This document shows positions 29,993 through 39,771 of a stretch of DNA of 64,000 nt, one piece after another; within the stretch, counting starts at the first letter, position 1, and the number at the start of each line of letters is the position of its first letter. A program made the translations under genes and the position numbers. This DNA is from a virus. Its lineage: Duplodnaviria > Caudoviricetes. The DNA is taken from the IMG/VR virus record IMGVR_UViG_3300049988_000124, positions 128,001 through 192,000 of that record; one strand, 5' to 3'. The notes beneath the pieces were generated by a model. That model saw only the letters and a list, made by a program, of their open reading frames with translations, ran no database searches and had not been told where the DNA came from.

Positions 29993-30820
29993 TTACAAAT
30001 CAAAGTGCAGTTTGTTGTTCATCTCGAACTTAAGATCGATCCCGAGCGTTTCTGCCAACTCTACGGTCTCGTTCATCGATGCAAAGAAGCGGCGGAATAG
30101 TTCGCGCTTATTACCACCGGTTGGATCAAACATCTCTGGTGCACCACCATCGAGCACCTTCTTCGTAATACCCTTATCTGAGCTCCAATCAATCTTGTCG
30201 AACTGGCTCCAGTGACGAATGCACGAAACAAGATCAAACATTGACTTGTCTTTACCAACCACGCTGCCATCGAGATTGTATCGACGATCCTCGCTGTCGG
30301 AAAAGGTCACAGGCTTACCTGGAGCCGCAATAACACCAGTGATCGAGATCACCAGGCCCATGCGATTCAGATAATGAGACTTCTCACTAATCTCCGACTT
30401 ATCGGGGATAAGAGAAGCAAACCATGCTTTCATGGGCCAATGCTGGGGATGGACCCAGAGATAAGGCGACATTGGTTTGGTGGTTTGGCGAAGATCATCA
30501 GGGGCAATGACATCGACCAGATCACACGGGTTCTCTGTTTCAGGGAAACATTTTCCATCGGCGTAGAAGAGTTCGCCCTCGCTACTGTAATAGCGCAACC
30601 CTTCTTCATACTCAGCCGTACTTTGTTCGACCATTCCACAAAGGTCGACTCTGCGTGAACTCCTTGCCCGATAAGCCTGGGGTACCAGAAGCATCATAGA
30701 CGGGAGAAACGATGACACCAGTGAGCTCTCGCCCATACCGAGAATGTCAAGCATTCCACCCAGACCACCTTCTACTGGGTGACCCATACTCAAGAGCTGC
30801 CCAACTCCTTTAGCGTCCAT
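29993..30820 (-). CDS. Hypothetical protein
   Basis: 275 aa; GGAGGGTAGG upstream. Confidence 0.6.
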   Translation of the reverse strand: MDAKGVGQLLSMGHPVEGGLGGMLDILGMGESSLVSSFLPSMMLLVPQAYRARSSRRVDLCGMVEQSTAEYEEGLRYYSSEGELFYADGKCFPETENPCDLVDVIAPDDLRQTTKPMSPYLWVHPQHWPMKAWFASLIPDKSEISEKSHYLNRMGLVISITGVIAAPGKPVTFSDSEDRRYNLDGSVVGKDKSMFDLVSCIRHWSQFDKIDWSSDKGITKKVLDGGAPEMFDPTGGNKRELFRRFFASMNETVELAETLGIDLKFEMNNKLHFDL

Positions 30821-30900
30821 TGGTAAGCCTACCCTCCTAAACTAAACTGTAACCGATGCAAACCCTACTCGTTGTTAACCACGTTCCCCCGATTCGTTAC

Positions 30901-31254
30901 TTAACCACCAATCCCCATGTGGTTCTCTACTGGCTGCTCGCGGCCATCCTTGACCGTGATTCCGCCAGCTGTATCGCGCTCGATCACGGCAACCTCATAG
31001 GGACCAACGAAGGCCAAAATGGGTAGCTCGGCAACCGAGTAATAGACCGTCTCAGGATGACTGAGCTTTGCCATGGTCTCATCAAAGAGCTGGTGCAGAC
31101 CATCAGGATCAGGCAGCTCTGTTGATGCTGGCATAAAGAGACAATACGCCATCTGGCTCGTCTCAGTGTCGACGAAAACCACGAGGTGTTCAGCCTCATT
31201 GGTGCCCGTAGACTTAATCAGATCATCAACATTCTTCGTTAGTGGCATGTGCAC
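30901..31254 (-). CDS. Hypothetical protein
   Basis: 117 aa; GGGAGG RBS. Confidence 0.6.
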   Translation of the reverse strand: MHMPLTKNVDDLIKSTGTNEAEHLVVFVDTETSQMAYCLFMPASTELPDPDGLHQLFDETMAKLSHPETVYYSVAELPILAFVGPYEVAVIERDTAGGITVKDGREQPVENHMGIGG

Positions 31255-31290
31255 CTCCCGCTCACATTGTCAAAAAAATACAGGAAGATA

Positions 31291-31314
31291 GTGGGAGGCA
31301 TTGCAGCCTCCCAC
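31291..31314 (-). terminator. Intrinsic terminator
   Basis: GTGGGAGGC-ATTGCA-GCCTCCCAC with T tract downstream on minus strand. Confidence 0.6.
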
Positions 31315-31333
31315 GTTTCTTCGATTGGATTAA

Positions 31334-31756
31334 CTATATCTCAATCCCACTAATGCCGATTTCCTGGGATGTCTCGAGACGCTTCTTGAGATCATCGATG
31401 GTATCATCTGTGGAAAAGGTAAGTTCTTCACCTGACATGCGATCCCTCAACCGGATGGAGATCGCCTCAATGTCGTAGCCCATTGCAATCAAGACGTTGC
31501 GCATCATGTTGATGGTCAACTTCCTGGGGTCCAGGAGGAACTTCCGGTCAGCCGCCGCTTTCTGGGAATGTTCCTTCTGGGTCTTGTTGGTGTTGTTGTT
31601 CTCGAGGTTGTGATGCGCGTAGCGCTTCAGGTAACCATCGTTGGTAATCTGCAATCCATGAAAGATCACACGAACCAACCGAGGAAGGTCTGGCGAGCTT
31701 ACCGACCGGACGTCTTCCTCTTCAAACATCAGCTTATTGCCACTGACTCGGCCCAT
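31334..31756 (-). CDS. Hypothetical protein
   Basis: 140 aa; AAGGAG RBS. Confidence 0.65.
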   Translation of the reverse strand: MGRVSGNKLMFEEEDVRSVSSPDLPRLVRVIFHGLQITNDGYLKRYAHHNLENNNTNKTQKEHSQKAAADRKFLLDPRKLTINMMRNVLIAMGYDIEAISIRLRDRMSGEELTFSTDDTIDDLKKRLETSQEIGISGIEI

Positions 31757-32408
31757 GGCATAATGCTCCTTTTAAGTGAGTAACCGTATCTTGCAAACAA
31801 TCTGTGATAGTCAGAAGAGCGGGGTGCGGTTCAGTCGCTGCTTCGAAGATCAAGGTTACGTGCGTGAGATACAAGCCATAGAGAAGCGAGAACGCGAACA
31901 AGTCACCGTGGTCAGCGAGATATTGACTGGGGTGATGATGCTCACGCATCGCGATGTCGTGGAGATGCGCTTTGATCCCCGACTGCTGACGGCGCAGTTG
32001 GTTAATGGGTTGGGAATCCTCAAGAATCCCGTCCCATAGATCAAAGGGTCCACCAGAACCAAATGACACCTCGCTCAGAAGAGTGGAGGCAATCAGTTGG
32101 TGGAGAAGCGGTGCGGTAATATCAGAATTGATATCGCCACCTACCACATCGCTTAGAAGATAGTGTCGATAAAGAAGCGTCTTGGGGCTCTGGGGCTTAC
32201 CGACGACTTCACCCATCCACGTTGCCTGAAGAGGCGCAGCACTGGCGCGTTTCTCAACAATGGTCCACAGCGTGGTATCGTACTGATCCCACAAGAACGG
32301 CTCACCGCTGAGAAACGCTAACCAGTCGTGAATGGTCAACACGAAAGGACAAAGACGAGCCGGGAGATCAGGCAAACACGCGCGTGTCTTCTGTATCCAG
32401 TTCGTCAT
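31734..32408 (-). CDS. Hypothetical protein
   Basis: Likely ATG 32408 (MTNWIQK); short overlaps with neighbours. Confidence 0.5.
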   Translation of the reverse strand: MTNWIQKTRACLPDLPARLCPFVLTIHDWLAFLSGEPFLWDQYDTTLWTIVEKRASAAPLQATWMGEVVGKPQSPKTLLYRHYLLSDVVGGDINSDITAPLLHQLIASTLLSEVSFGSGGPFDLWDGILEDSQPINQLRRQQSGIKAHLHDIAMREHHHPSQYLADHGDLFAFSLLYGLYLTHVTLIFEAATEPHPALLTITDCLQDTVTHLKGALCHGPSQWQ

Positions 32409-33399
32409 TATTGGCAGCAACCGGGGGTCGAGATCCTTCGGTCGGGTGGACAAGAATCTTCTCGGCGTCCTGGATGAGATCGTGGATGGCCTGCTCGCGC
32501 TGTCCGAACAAGCACGACTCCACATGAATGCTGACCTTCTTGGAATAGAGAACCAGATCCTCCAGCCGCATTGGACTGGTGGCGGTGATACGATACTGCT
32601 TGATCAGACCTTCCATCTGCTCTAGCTGTCGTCCGAGTTCACCGTAACTCATCTGCTGAGCTACCCGGCCCTGCTCCATGATCCCAACGATCGACACTTC
32701 AAGGCGATAGCGACGACCAAGGTTCTTGTTGAAGAAAGGCAGTATATAGTTCTTGAAGAAAGCGTCAAGGACACTCAGCTTGACCGTGAAGATCTCACTG
32801 GCGATGGTCACCGACAAGGTGTCGGAATTGTCGTTATAGTCGAGCGTGTTGAGACCGGTCTCCCGGCGCAGCTGCTCAATATCCATGGCCTGGCGCGACA
32901 GTGAGCGTGTCTCACGGGTGAGCGCATCGATCACGATAGCAGGGAACCCCAGGTGAGACTCGGCCACCTTCAAAAGACCCCAGAAGCCGTAAGCCATGTC
33001 GCACATGAGCTCGACTTGTGTCCGGGTCATCTGGGTCTTGGTGGTGTCACCCTTTGAGACATCAAAGATGCTGATCTCAATGAGGGGGGCACAGATATTG
33101 CGGCACAGCCAGTCCACTCGGTTCTGATCCGAGAAGACGTAGTTGGGCTGAGAGATAGCACCATCTGGTCCGCGCATGCGCAGGTCCCACAAGGGAACAC
33201 GAGCGAACGCCAACTGGGTGGGGCTGCGCACTAGCTTGGAGAAGTCATAGCGCGTGATGTGATCGTAAGCCTCTTGGCTACCATCACTGAAGACGACCAG
33301 TGTCTCAATGCGGTTAGCCAGGAAGAAGTCAGCAGCTTCAGGATTGGACAAGCCATCCTTGGTGAAGTAAATGCTGGTCGTTGCCCTCATGACAAACAC
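32368..33399 (-). CDS. Hypothetical protein
   Basis: 343 aa; downstream of an early-type promoter. Confidence 0.65.
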   Translation of the reverse strand: MFVMRATTSIYFTKDGLSNPEAADFFLANRIETLVVFSDGSQEAYDHITRYDFSKLVRSPTQLAFARVPLWDLRMRGPDGAISQPNYVFSDQNRVDWLCRNICAPLIEISIFDVSKGDTTKTQMTRTQVELMCDMAYGFWGLLKVAESHLGFPAIVIDALTRETRSLSRQAMDIEQLRRETGLNTLDYNDNSDTLSVTIASEIFTVKLSVLDAFFKNYILPFFNKNLGRRYRLEVSIVGIMEQGRVAQQMSYGELGRQLEQMEGLIKQYRITATSPMRLEDLVLYSKKVSIHVESCLFGQREQAIHDLIQDAEKILVHPTEGSRPPVAANNDELDTEDTRVFA

Positions 33400-33452
33400 C
33401 TATACGTGAATATGTGAATAAAGGTAGTGGGCTTTTATTCTAACCCTCATTC

Positions 33453-33458
33453 TATGAC
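33453..33458 (+). promoter_or_regulatory. Possible late-type promoter TATGAC for 33549..34031
   Basis: Intergenic, about 90 nt upstream of start (longer than other copies). Confidence 0.35.
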
Positions 33459-33523
33459 CTCGCAAAAGGCCATTCTTTTTTATCTTTTTGCAAAACTCAA
33501 CTCGGAGCTAATTGGCTCTTCGT

Positions 33524-33538
33524 CACCTTAGTAATATA
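33524..33538 (-). promoter_or_regulatory. Early-type promoter TATATTAC-TAAG-GTG
   Basis: Exact consensus, same spacing to GTG as 27549 copy. Confidence 0.6.
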
Positions 33539-33548
33539 GGCTTGTAAA

Positions 33549-34031
33549 ATGGCTGACATCATTGAAGAAACCCAGGCAAAGATCCGCCGTAGTCTGGGTG
33601 TAGAAATGGCGCTGATGGAGGATGTCTTCGATGAGACAGCCGAGCTGCGCAAGACCATCACTGCTCGCCTCGTTGACGCTGCCAGTAAAGTCAAGATCGT
33701 CGATGTTCTCGATGATGGTACAGCCATGGTCCGCGAGGACACAGGCTTTGCTATGTCTGTCGTAGCAGGGGCCCTGAAGGCACTAGAGGCAACCGAGAAG
33801 GCCAAGGTCCAGTCCATCGGTCTCAAGATGCGTCAGAACGAGGCAGAGATTGCATCGGCTGCGGTACACCAGGATCGCATCCTGGCGGTGCTGGAGATGA
33901 CCAAGCCTGGAAACCTGAAGGATCACGAGTTCGAACCCGCCGCCTTGGAGCACAAGATGGAGGAAATGTTCGATGCTCAGATCCAAGGATTCGAGATGAA
34001 CACCAACCCGAACGATTTGTCGAACGGATAA
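33549..34031 (+). CDS. Hypothetical helical protein
   Basis: 160 aa; lone plus-strand gene ending at a bidirectional hairpin. Confidence 0.65.
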   Translation: MADIIEETQAKIRRSLGVEMALMEDVFDETAELRKTITARLVDAASKVKIVDVLDDGTAMVREDTGFAMSVVAGALKALEATEKAKVQSIGLKMRQNEAEIASAAVHQDRILAVLEMTKPGNLKDHEFEPAALEHKMEEMFDAQIQGFEMNTNPNDLSNG

Positions 34032-34046
34032 CCACCAAGAGGATAG

Positions 34047-34075
34047 GACAGGGCATCCCGAAAGGGAGCCCTGTC
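34047..34075. terminator. Bidirectional hairpin
   Basis: GACAGGGC-ATCCC-GAAA-GGGA-GCCCTGTC between convergent genes. Confidence 0.7.
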
Positions 34076-34092
34076 TTACCTTATTGTTTGAG

Positions 34093-34821
34093 TTAGTTGC
34101 TCTGACGAAGAGCAGCCGCACGGCGGTTGTAGAAGGTCACGAACTCCTGCTTGCCGAGCACGCGAACGATCGTGGCACTCTCGATACGACCGGCCTGGCC
34201 GTTAGCAAGGCCCGAGAACAGACCGTTGATGAACCCAACCTTCTGCTCGTCGACGTGAGCGAGCGTGGTCGAGCCCTTCATGAAGTTCTCGCCCTTGGCC
34301 ACACCGTCCTTATTCTCGGCGAAGAAGTCGAGAAGGGCAGTCAGTACCGCTGTGGTCGGATGCTTGATGACGAAGCGCGTAATCTCATTGGCGATCTTGG
34401 CCGATGAGCGGAAATGCTCGGGCTTATCACCACCAGTTGAGTTCTCGGCCTTGAATGCAGCCAGGGTCTCCTGGAGCTGCGCTACCAGAGGATCGTCACT
34501 GGCGGAAACAGGCTCGTCGTCGACAGTCTCGTCGGTGACCGCAGTCTCCTCGGTCACAGGCTCCTCGATGGTCGCACCGACCTGAGCCGCCAGGCTCTCA
34601 GCGAGCGCATCTGCTTCAGCGTCGCTGGCGTCGGTATTCGACTGACCTTCGGCGACCTGATTGCTCGCAACACCGTCCTGTGCCTGGACGTCGGTGTTCG
34701 CCGTCACGATCTTGTCCTCACCGCCGGTCTCCTCGGGCGGCTGCTCGGGGGCAGGAGTAGGAGTGGTGGCAGGACGCTGCTGGTTGTTGGGACGCGGTCC
34801 ACGGTTACCGTTGTTCGCCAT
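34093..34821 (-). CDS. Hypothetical protein with acidic disordered N-terminal half
   Basis: GAAAAGGAAA RBS before ATG 34821; P/E/D-rich N-terminus. Confidence 0.65.
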   Translation of the reverse strand: MANNGNRGPRPNNQQRPATTPTPAPEQPPEETGGEDKIVTANTDVQAQDGVASNQVAEGQSNTDASDAEADALAESLAAQVGATIEEPVTEETAVTDETVDDEPVSASDDPLVAQLQETLAAFKAENSTGGDKPEHFRSSAKIANEITRFVIKHPTTAVLTALLDFFAENKDGVAKGENFMKGSTTLAHVDEQKVGFINGLFSGLANGQAGRIESATIVRVLGKQEFVTFYNRRAAALRQSN

Positions 34822-34935
34822 GGTATTTCCTTTTCTACTTGTTTGAAACTCAAAGCTCGTTGACATACCCCAACCCAACCACACCTAGATGCGGGTAAGT
34901 TGGTAAGAGCATAACATCAAAGCAGAGCCCTACTA

Positions 34936-36354
34936 TTAAGCTCTAATGAGATATTTATCAATGTTTGAAATGTCAACGGTGTTGTGCGACTTACCGTGCA
35001 TGGCTTTCAGGGCCGAGGTTGTCTGGTTACGGGCAAAGTCATTGGCAACAGGCGCAAATGCTTTCTGTCCCAACTCTTCGAACAGATTACCAAAGCACTT
35101 GGCACAAAAGCCCTTGGTAGCTTTACAGTAACCAGGCGTTCTGATCACCAGGTCCTTACCGACGAGCGAAGGAATAGATTCCTCGGTAATCAATGTAGTC
35201 GAGCCGTTCTTGTTAACCACGTAATTCCACAAGAAGTCTTCCAGGGAATCTTTGGTAGCAAAGACGTCCTCGCCGTTCGTCGTGCCGCAATCATCGGTGT
35301 CGATGCGAGTATCTTGCAGAACGCGCAAGATGAGTTTGGCGATCACGCCGCCGTCAGCGGTCTCAATGGCGCGCGAGTAAGAGCCCGAGCGAACCTCGTT
35401 AAAGATCGTCGGCAGATCCTTCTGCTTCCATCCATTACCCATCGGGTTATCAACGAAGACGAACTTACCAGGTGAGCCGAAGACTTCCGTCATTCCTTGG
35501 GTCAAGAAGAGCTTCTTCAAGGTCACGTTGAAGTACTTGGCCTTCAAGAGGAAGTGCATGGAAGGGTCACCCTCCAGGTACGTCCGGTAAGCAGCGATGA
35601 GTTGCTTTTCGATATCCGACATGACCGCCACGTCACCAGCCTCAATGGCTTCGCGGTTCTCCCGAACGAGACGCTCGCGCAAGTCAGTGATCGACTGCGG
35701 GATCGTAATGGTTTTCTCAGAGATCCCAGGATTCACCATCTCACAGGCTTGCCCGAACAAGGAGAGTGTGTTGATGTACTTATCCTTCACGTCCCTGATC
35801 GTGACCTGGTTGTTGATCATACAGTACGCAATCTTCTTCTCGAGCATCGAGATTTTGATCTCGGTGTTCATGTAGCCGATCACGTCACCGAAGGGGTAGA
35901 CGAGGAGGAGGTAGTTGGTAATGAAGATACCAATGGAGGTATCGACTGGCTCACTGCCCTTGTAGTTCAGGATCTCTCCTGGATTCAAGATAAACGAGTC
36001 CTGAGGGGTGCACAGGGGCAGTTTTTCCCCAGGGGTATAGATGATCCCAGTATCAGTGGCAGTGACCTCATAGGCCTTCTCACCGCTGTTGGTATCATAG
36101 ACCCTGGTAAAGGACGTGACCGCGTAGAACCGGTCCGGGTTGTGGTCAAGGATGAAGAGTTTGCCCAAGTAGAGGGGACACTCTGTGGTGATGCGGAACT
36201 TGTCACCGGTCTGGCGACTACCAACGAGGCGCTCAGGGATCATCCAGATCTCACGACAAAGATCGATGTTGATCAAGGATGACTGGTTAGCAATGATAAA
36301 TTCAACGAGCGGGGATCTAGCAGCCATGGGTGGATTACTCCTGGTAGAGGCCAT
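34936..36354 (-). CDS. Virion RNA polymerase beta-prime-like subunit (phiKZ gp80-like)
   Basis: SYSRAIETADGG, DDCGT and IRTPGYCK..GFCAKCFG zinc motif of the beta-prime C-terminal region. Confidence 0.85.
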   Translation of the reverse strand: MASTRSNPPMAARSPLVEFIIANQSSLINIDLCREIWMIPERLVGSRQTGDKFRITTECPLYLGKLFILDHNPDRFYAVTSFTRVYDTNSGEKAYEVTATDTGIIYTPGEKLPLCTPQDSFILNPGEILNYKGSEPVDTSIGIFITNYLLLVYPFGDVIGYMNTEIKISMLEKKIAYCMINNQVTIRDVKDKYINTLSLFGQACEMVNPGISEKTITIPQSITDLRERLVRENREAIEAGDVAVMSDIEKQLIAAYRTYLEGDPSMHFLLKAKYFNVTLKKLFLTQGMTEVFGSPGKFVFVDNPMGNGWKQKDLPTIFNEVRSGSYSRAIETADGGVIAKLILRVLQDTRIDTDDCGTTNGEDVFATKDSLEDFLWNYVVNKNGSTTLITEESIPSLVGKDLVIRTPGYCKATKGFCAKCFGNLFEELGQKAFAPVANDFARNQTTSALKAMHGKSHNTVDISNIDKYLIRA

Positions 36355-37321
36355 CCACGGTCTGCTTTACCGTGGCATCGGGGAATTGGTGAAAGAGAAG
36401 CGACACATCTTTGGTGTAGGCGGCCTGGTCTTCGTGTACGGCGTAGAGAAAGCAGTACATCGCGATGAGCTCGTGGGGCAGCGGATTCATGTTGCGAACA
36501 TTGTAGTAATGCACGCACCAGCGGTTTGCTACCTGGTAATGGTACCACTGCTTGTTGAACGAGGGAACAAGGTCATCGGGGAGGAGTGTTTCATTCAGCG
36601 TGAAAATGTAGTTATACGCAGCAAAGTTCGCAGGGGCAACCGTGTCCAGGATGATCTGATTCTGAAGCTCGGTGAGCTGATCATACACCGGGTGATGCTG
36701 GAAGGCATCAATCGCTTTAGCAAAGCGAACAATCAGTGTACGAATGCGGTTGCGGTAGGCGGTGTGGGCATCCGCATCGAACTCAGTCACGAGGCGCTCA
36801 CTCTTGATCAAACTGTAAAGATTGGTCATGTAGTGGGTGAACACGTCGGTCTGGGAGATGAAGGAATAATACTGGTCAATGAGCTCGGCCAAATGCGGCG
36901 CTAGTGGCTCGTTACCATCGAGACCCCCGAGCTCTGACAGATACGTCTGGATAAGCGTTTCATGGTCACCAAGGTTACCCTCTAGAATGTGACCCACACA
37001 GTCCTTGAGCTTACTGTCATGCTTCAAATGCTGGTAGAGCGTATTGGGAAGCAGGTACGAGGAGAAGGTAAGGAATGAGAAGAGCGTGTCGTTATTCTCA
37101 AACACATCAGCGTAATCGATGTTGAGAACCAGACCAATTGTTTCCAGATCCCTGGTGAGGTTCAAGAATGCACTCTCTAGGATGTGCTGATCGGTTGACT
37201 CATCAACGTCGACACTTTGGCGGTAGGATTCTGTCTCAATCCCTGCTTTGGCAGCAGGAGACATGGAGCAGATCAGAAACAGAGCATTGTTAGTGTTGGG
37301 AGTCATTTCATTCGGGATCAC
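36335..37321 (-). CDS. Hypothetical or virion protein upstream of vRNAP subunit (gp79-position)
   Basis: 328 aa; GGAGG RBS with GTG; late-type motif upstream. Confidence 0.55.
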   Translation of the reverse strand: MIPNEMTPNTNNALFLICSMSPAAKAGIETESYRQSVDVDESTDQHILESAFLNLTRDLETIGLVLNIDYADVFENNDTLFSFLTFSSYLLPNTLYQHLKHDSKLKDCVGHILEGNLGDHETLIQTYLSELGGLDGNEPLAPHLAELIDQYYSFISQTDVFTHYMTNLYSLIKSERLVTEFDADAHTAYRNRIRTLIVRFAKAIDAFQHHPVYDQLTELQNQIILDTVAPANFAAYNYIFTLNETLLPDDLVPSFNKQWYHYQVANRWCVHYYNVRNMNPLPHELIAMYCFLYAVHEDQAAYTKDVSLLFHQFPDATVKQTVDGLYQE

Positions 37322-37341
37322 TGTGATCCTCCTATCTTGGC

Positions 37342-37347
37342 GTCATA
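37342..37347 (-). promoter_or_regulatory. Late-type promoter motif TATGAC
   Basis: About 21 nt before GTG 37321, just past a terminator. Confidence 0.55.
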
Positions 37348-37372
37348 AAATTGCCAAAAAATAAAGGAAGAA

Positions 37373-37398
37373 AAGAGGGGAGCCGAAGCCCCCCTCTT
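37373..37398 (-). terminator. Intrinsic terminator with cUUCGg loop
   Basis: Minus strand AAGAGGGGGC-TTCG-GCTCCCCTCTT followed by T-rich tract. Confidence 0.75.
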
Positions 37399-37406
37399 AG
37401 TGTTGA

Positions 37407-38909
37407 TCAGCTGAGCGTGACTTCGACCTTCACACCGAGCTTGTCGCCGAGGCGCTTGAGCTCGTTGATGTGGTAGAAGAAATCGGTCATGTGCGTATCG
37501 TCGACCTTGGCACTGTTCGAGGCTGCATTGCTGACCGGCACCTTGACAGCAGGAGTCTCGACCGGTACATCGGTCACCGAGCCGACCGGCTTCTTGGGAG
37601 CCTGCTTCATCACCTTCAAGAACTGCGTATGCGAGAGCTTGATGACCACGCTCTTCAGACCGTTCTGGAAGTGCTTGCGCGCTGCCTCCGTCAGGTTGGC
37701 GTTGTTGCCGAGCCGAACAAAGACGTTGCGATTGCGCAGGTCGTACTGCTCGATCACGACGTTGATCGGACCGATCCGGTCCTCGCCGATCTTGGTGAAC
37801 ACCATGACGGTCGTGCCGACTGGATGATCCTCGGGGTTGAGACGCTGACGATCGAGTTCCTTCAGGATGACGAAATCATCGAGCGAGTCCCAGGTGTCAG
37901 TACCCTGCTCATCGAAGAGCAGTCGAACCCGATCGTTGGACTGGTGGGGTGCATCCTTGCCCCAACGCAGGATCGTCACCGGCGTCGGTATCCGAACGCC
38001 CTGAACAGGCACGACCAGCAAGCGCTGACCAACAGTGTAGACGTCAGGGTCGAGGAAGGTAACCTGCGGGTCATCGACCTTGCCGAGGATGCCCTTCAGC
38101 TCGATCGATTCGGTCGTGACGACGATGGTCTCGTTGTTGCTCTTGTTGCGAATGGCAAGACCACCATGCTGCTCGATCCACTCCGTCACCACGCCTTCGT
38201 AGACGACGTTGTCGTTGGTCCCATCGCTGAAGAGGATACGCGTGTCGACGGGCGTGAGTTCGGGCGAAGGACGCACCATCTTGGGCTCTTCCTCGCGCGG
38301 CGTGCCGTCGACGTTGAGGAGCTTCACGATGAGGTAATCGCCCGGAACGTGCCAGGCGACGTTGCCGCCGTTGTTCACCCGCGAGCGGAACTTCGAGCCG
38401 AGCCCCGACCATTCGAGAATGGTGATGTCGTGGTCCGGCGCACCGGCGATCAGGAACATGCCCGCTCGCTCGACCAACATGCGGGTACCGGCAGGATGAT
38501 CCTGCTGGTTGATGACGGGCGTGAACGCGAAGTTGCCGAACACCTCATCGACGAGATTGCTGGCCATTGGAGCCTCGTCCGCTGGTGCATCCTCCTTCTT
38601 GGACGGGCGGGGCGGGAGCGAGACGACCTCGGTGCCGTTCTCGGCGACGATCGCGTTGATGAACACGCTCTCGATATGAGCGTCGACCTGCTTGTCCTCG
38701 TTGACGGTCGTCATGCGAACGTAATCGTTCTCGAGGTACTCGGCGATCTTGCTGTCGAACTCACCGCCGTCATCGTTGAGCTGCCACAGAATACGGCTGC
38801 CGATGGGATAATCGGTCGGGTTGGGATGATAGTTGACGCCCTCGATATCGAGCTGGATTTCGGCGGGAGTGGTCACCTCGTTGGTGCCTGCATCCGTGTT
38901 GATATCCAT
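37407..38909 (-). CDS. Multidomain protein with five tandem Tudor/SH3-like modules
   Basis: Repeat starts DYPIGSRILW, DHPAGTRMLV, LTPVDTRILF, VYTVGQRLLV, DHPVGTTVMV; likely ATG 38909. Confidence 0.65.
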   Translation of the reverse strand: MDINTDAGTNEVTTPAEIQLDIEGVNYHPNPTDYPIGSRILWQLNDDGGEFDSKIAEYLENDYVRMTTVNEDKQVDAHIESVFINAIVAENGTEVVSLPPRPSKKEDAPADEAPMASNLVDEVFGNFAFTPVINQQDHPAGTRMLVERAGMFLIAGAPDHDITILEWSGLGSKFRSRVNNGGNVAWHVPGDYLIVKLLNVDGTPREEEPKMVRPSPELTPVDTRILFSDGTNDNVVYEGVVTEWIEQHGGLAIRNKSNNETIVVTTESIELKGILGKVDDPQVTFLDPDVYTVGQRLLVVPVQGVRIPTPVTILRWGKDAPHQSNDRVRLLFDEQGTDTWDSLDDFVILKELDRQRLNPEDHPVGTTVMVFTKIGEDRIGPINVVIEQYDLRNRNVFVRLGNNANLTEAARKHFQNGLKSVVIKLSHTQFLKVMKQAPKKPVGSVTDVPVETPAVKVPVSNAASNSAKVDDTHMTDFFYHINELKRLGDKLGVKVEVTLS

Positions 38910-38970
38910 GATCTGAAACCTTTCGTTCTTGTTGCCGACAGTTCGGCAGGGGTAAATCGTTGACACTGAA

Positions 38971-39019
38971 TGACCTAACAGGGGATGTGATCAAGAGACC
39001 AGCATCCCCGATTGGGTCA
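38971..39019 (-). other. Extended stem-loop in the leader of the tandem-repeat gene
   Basis: TGACC..GGGGATG-15nt-CATCCCC..GGTCA. Confidence 0.45.
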
Positions 39020-39025
39020 GTGAGA

Positions 39026-39169
39026 TCAGGCCGTGATGGTCGGAACCGGCGTCTTGCTCTCGTGGCTGATCTTCCAGGACCAAACGGTCGTGGCGACTTC
39101 CTTGAAGCCGATAGCAGCGAGACCCAGGACGACGAGTGCACCAACGGCGCGCGAGAAGAGCGAGACCAT
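39026..39169 (-). CDS. Small N-anchored membrane protein (47 aa)
   Basis: Not in track. MVSLFSRAVGALVVLGLAAIGFKEVATTVWSWK; AAAGGAA RBS; C/G-ending codons. Confidence 0.6.
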   Translation of the reverse strand: MVSLFSRAVGALVVLGLAAIGFKEVATTVWSWKISHESKTPVPTITA

Positions 39170-39226
39170 GTGAAATTCCTTTTCTTGAATGAATGAGAAC
39201 CGCTGAATCAGAATTGAATCGGCGAA

Positions 39227-39487
39227 TTACGTATTCTTCTTCTTGCCCTTGTTCAGACGCTGCTTCTTGCAACGCTCAGTACTCATCCACAACCGGTTAG
39301 CCAGGCGCTGCGCTGCGACGACAGCGGCTGCCTCCATGATGTGCGATGAGATCACCTCGTGTGCAGTACCTTTCTTCTGCATCACGATCCACCGCTTGCG
39401 GTGATTCCCACGGTTCAGGAGACGAGGCTCGACGCGCACCAGTCGCAGGTGGGTATCATGCCAATAGCCGCCACGCTCTTCGATCAT
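39227..39487 (-). CDS. Small basic hypothetical protein
   Basis: AAAGGA RBS before ATG 39487; R/K-rich. Confidence 0.55.
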   Translation of the reverse strand: MIEERGGYWHDTHLRLVRVEPRLLNRGNHRKRWIVMQKKGTAHEVISSHIMEAAAVVAAQRLANRLWMSTERCKKQRLNKGKKKNT

Positions 39488-39733
39488 GGGATTGGGGTGA
39501 ACGATCATAGAACTATCCTTTTGGAAGGACAAAGAAACTTAAGCGGAAGTTACTTCCCAGCTTTTGAGGCTGCAATCATCATTTGAAGAAGGAGAGCTTG
39601 CAGCACTGTCCTTCTTATCCTTGATCCAGTTTTACACGTGGGTTCTGTTTGTTCTTGTTATAGATACCCATTACTTCTTCCTCGATATTCTGGGCTTATT
39701 GACGTGCAGCGTGAAAAACTAAAGGAACAGGAA

Positions 39734-39757
39734 CAGGGAGAGGTTGCCCCCTCCCTG
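39734..39757 (-). terminator. Hairpin terminator
   Basis: CAGGGAG..CTCCCTG stem just past stop 39772, with T-rich tail on minus strand. Confidence 0.55.
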
Positions 39758-39771
39758 AACCGGTTAAACGA

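Noticed and set aside
37470-38963. 497-aa plus-strand ORF
   Set aside because: Antisense shadow of a strongly C/G-ending gene; no RBS or protein-like pattern
39600-39671. Short ORF MGIYNKNKQNPRVKLDQG after GAGGA
   Set aside because: Only 18 codons with no supporting evidence
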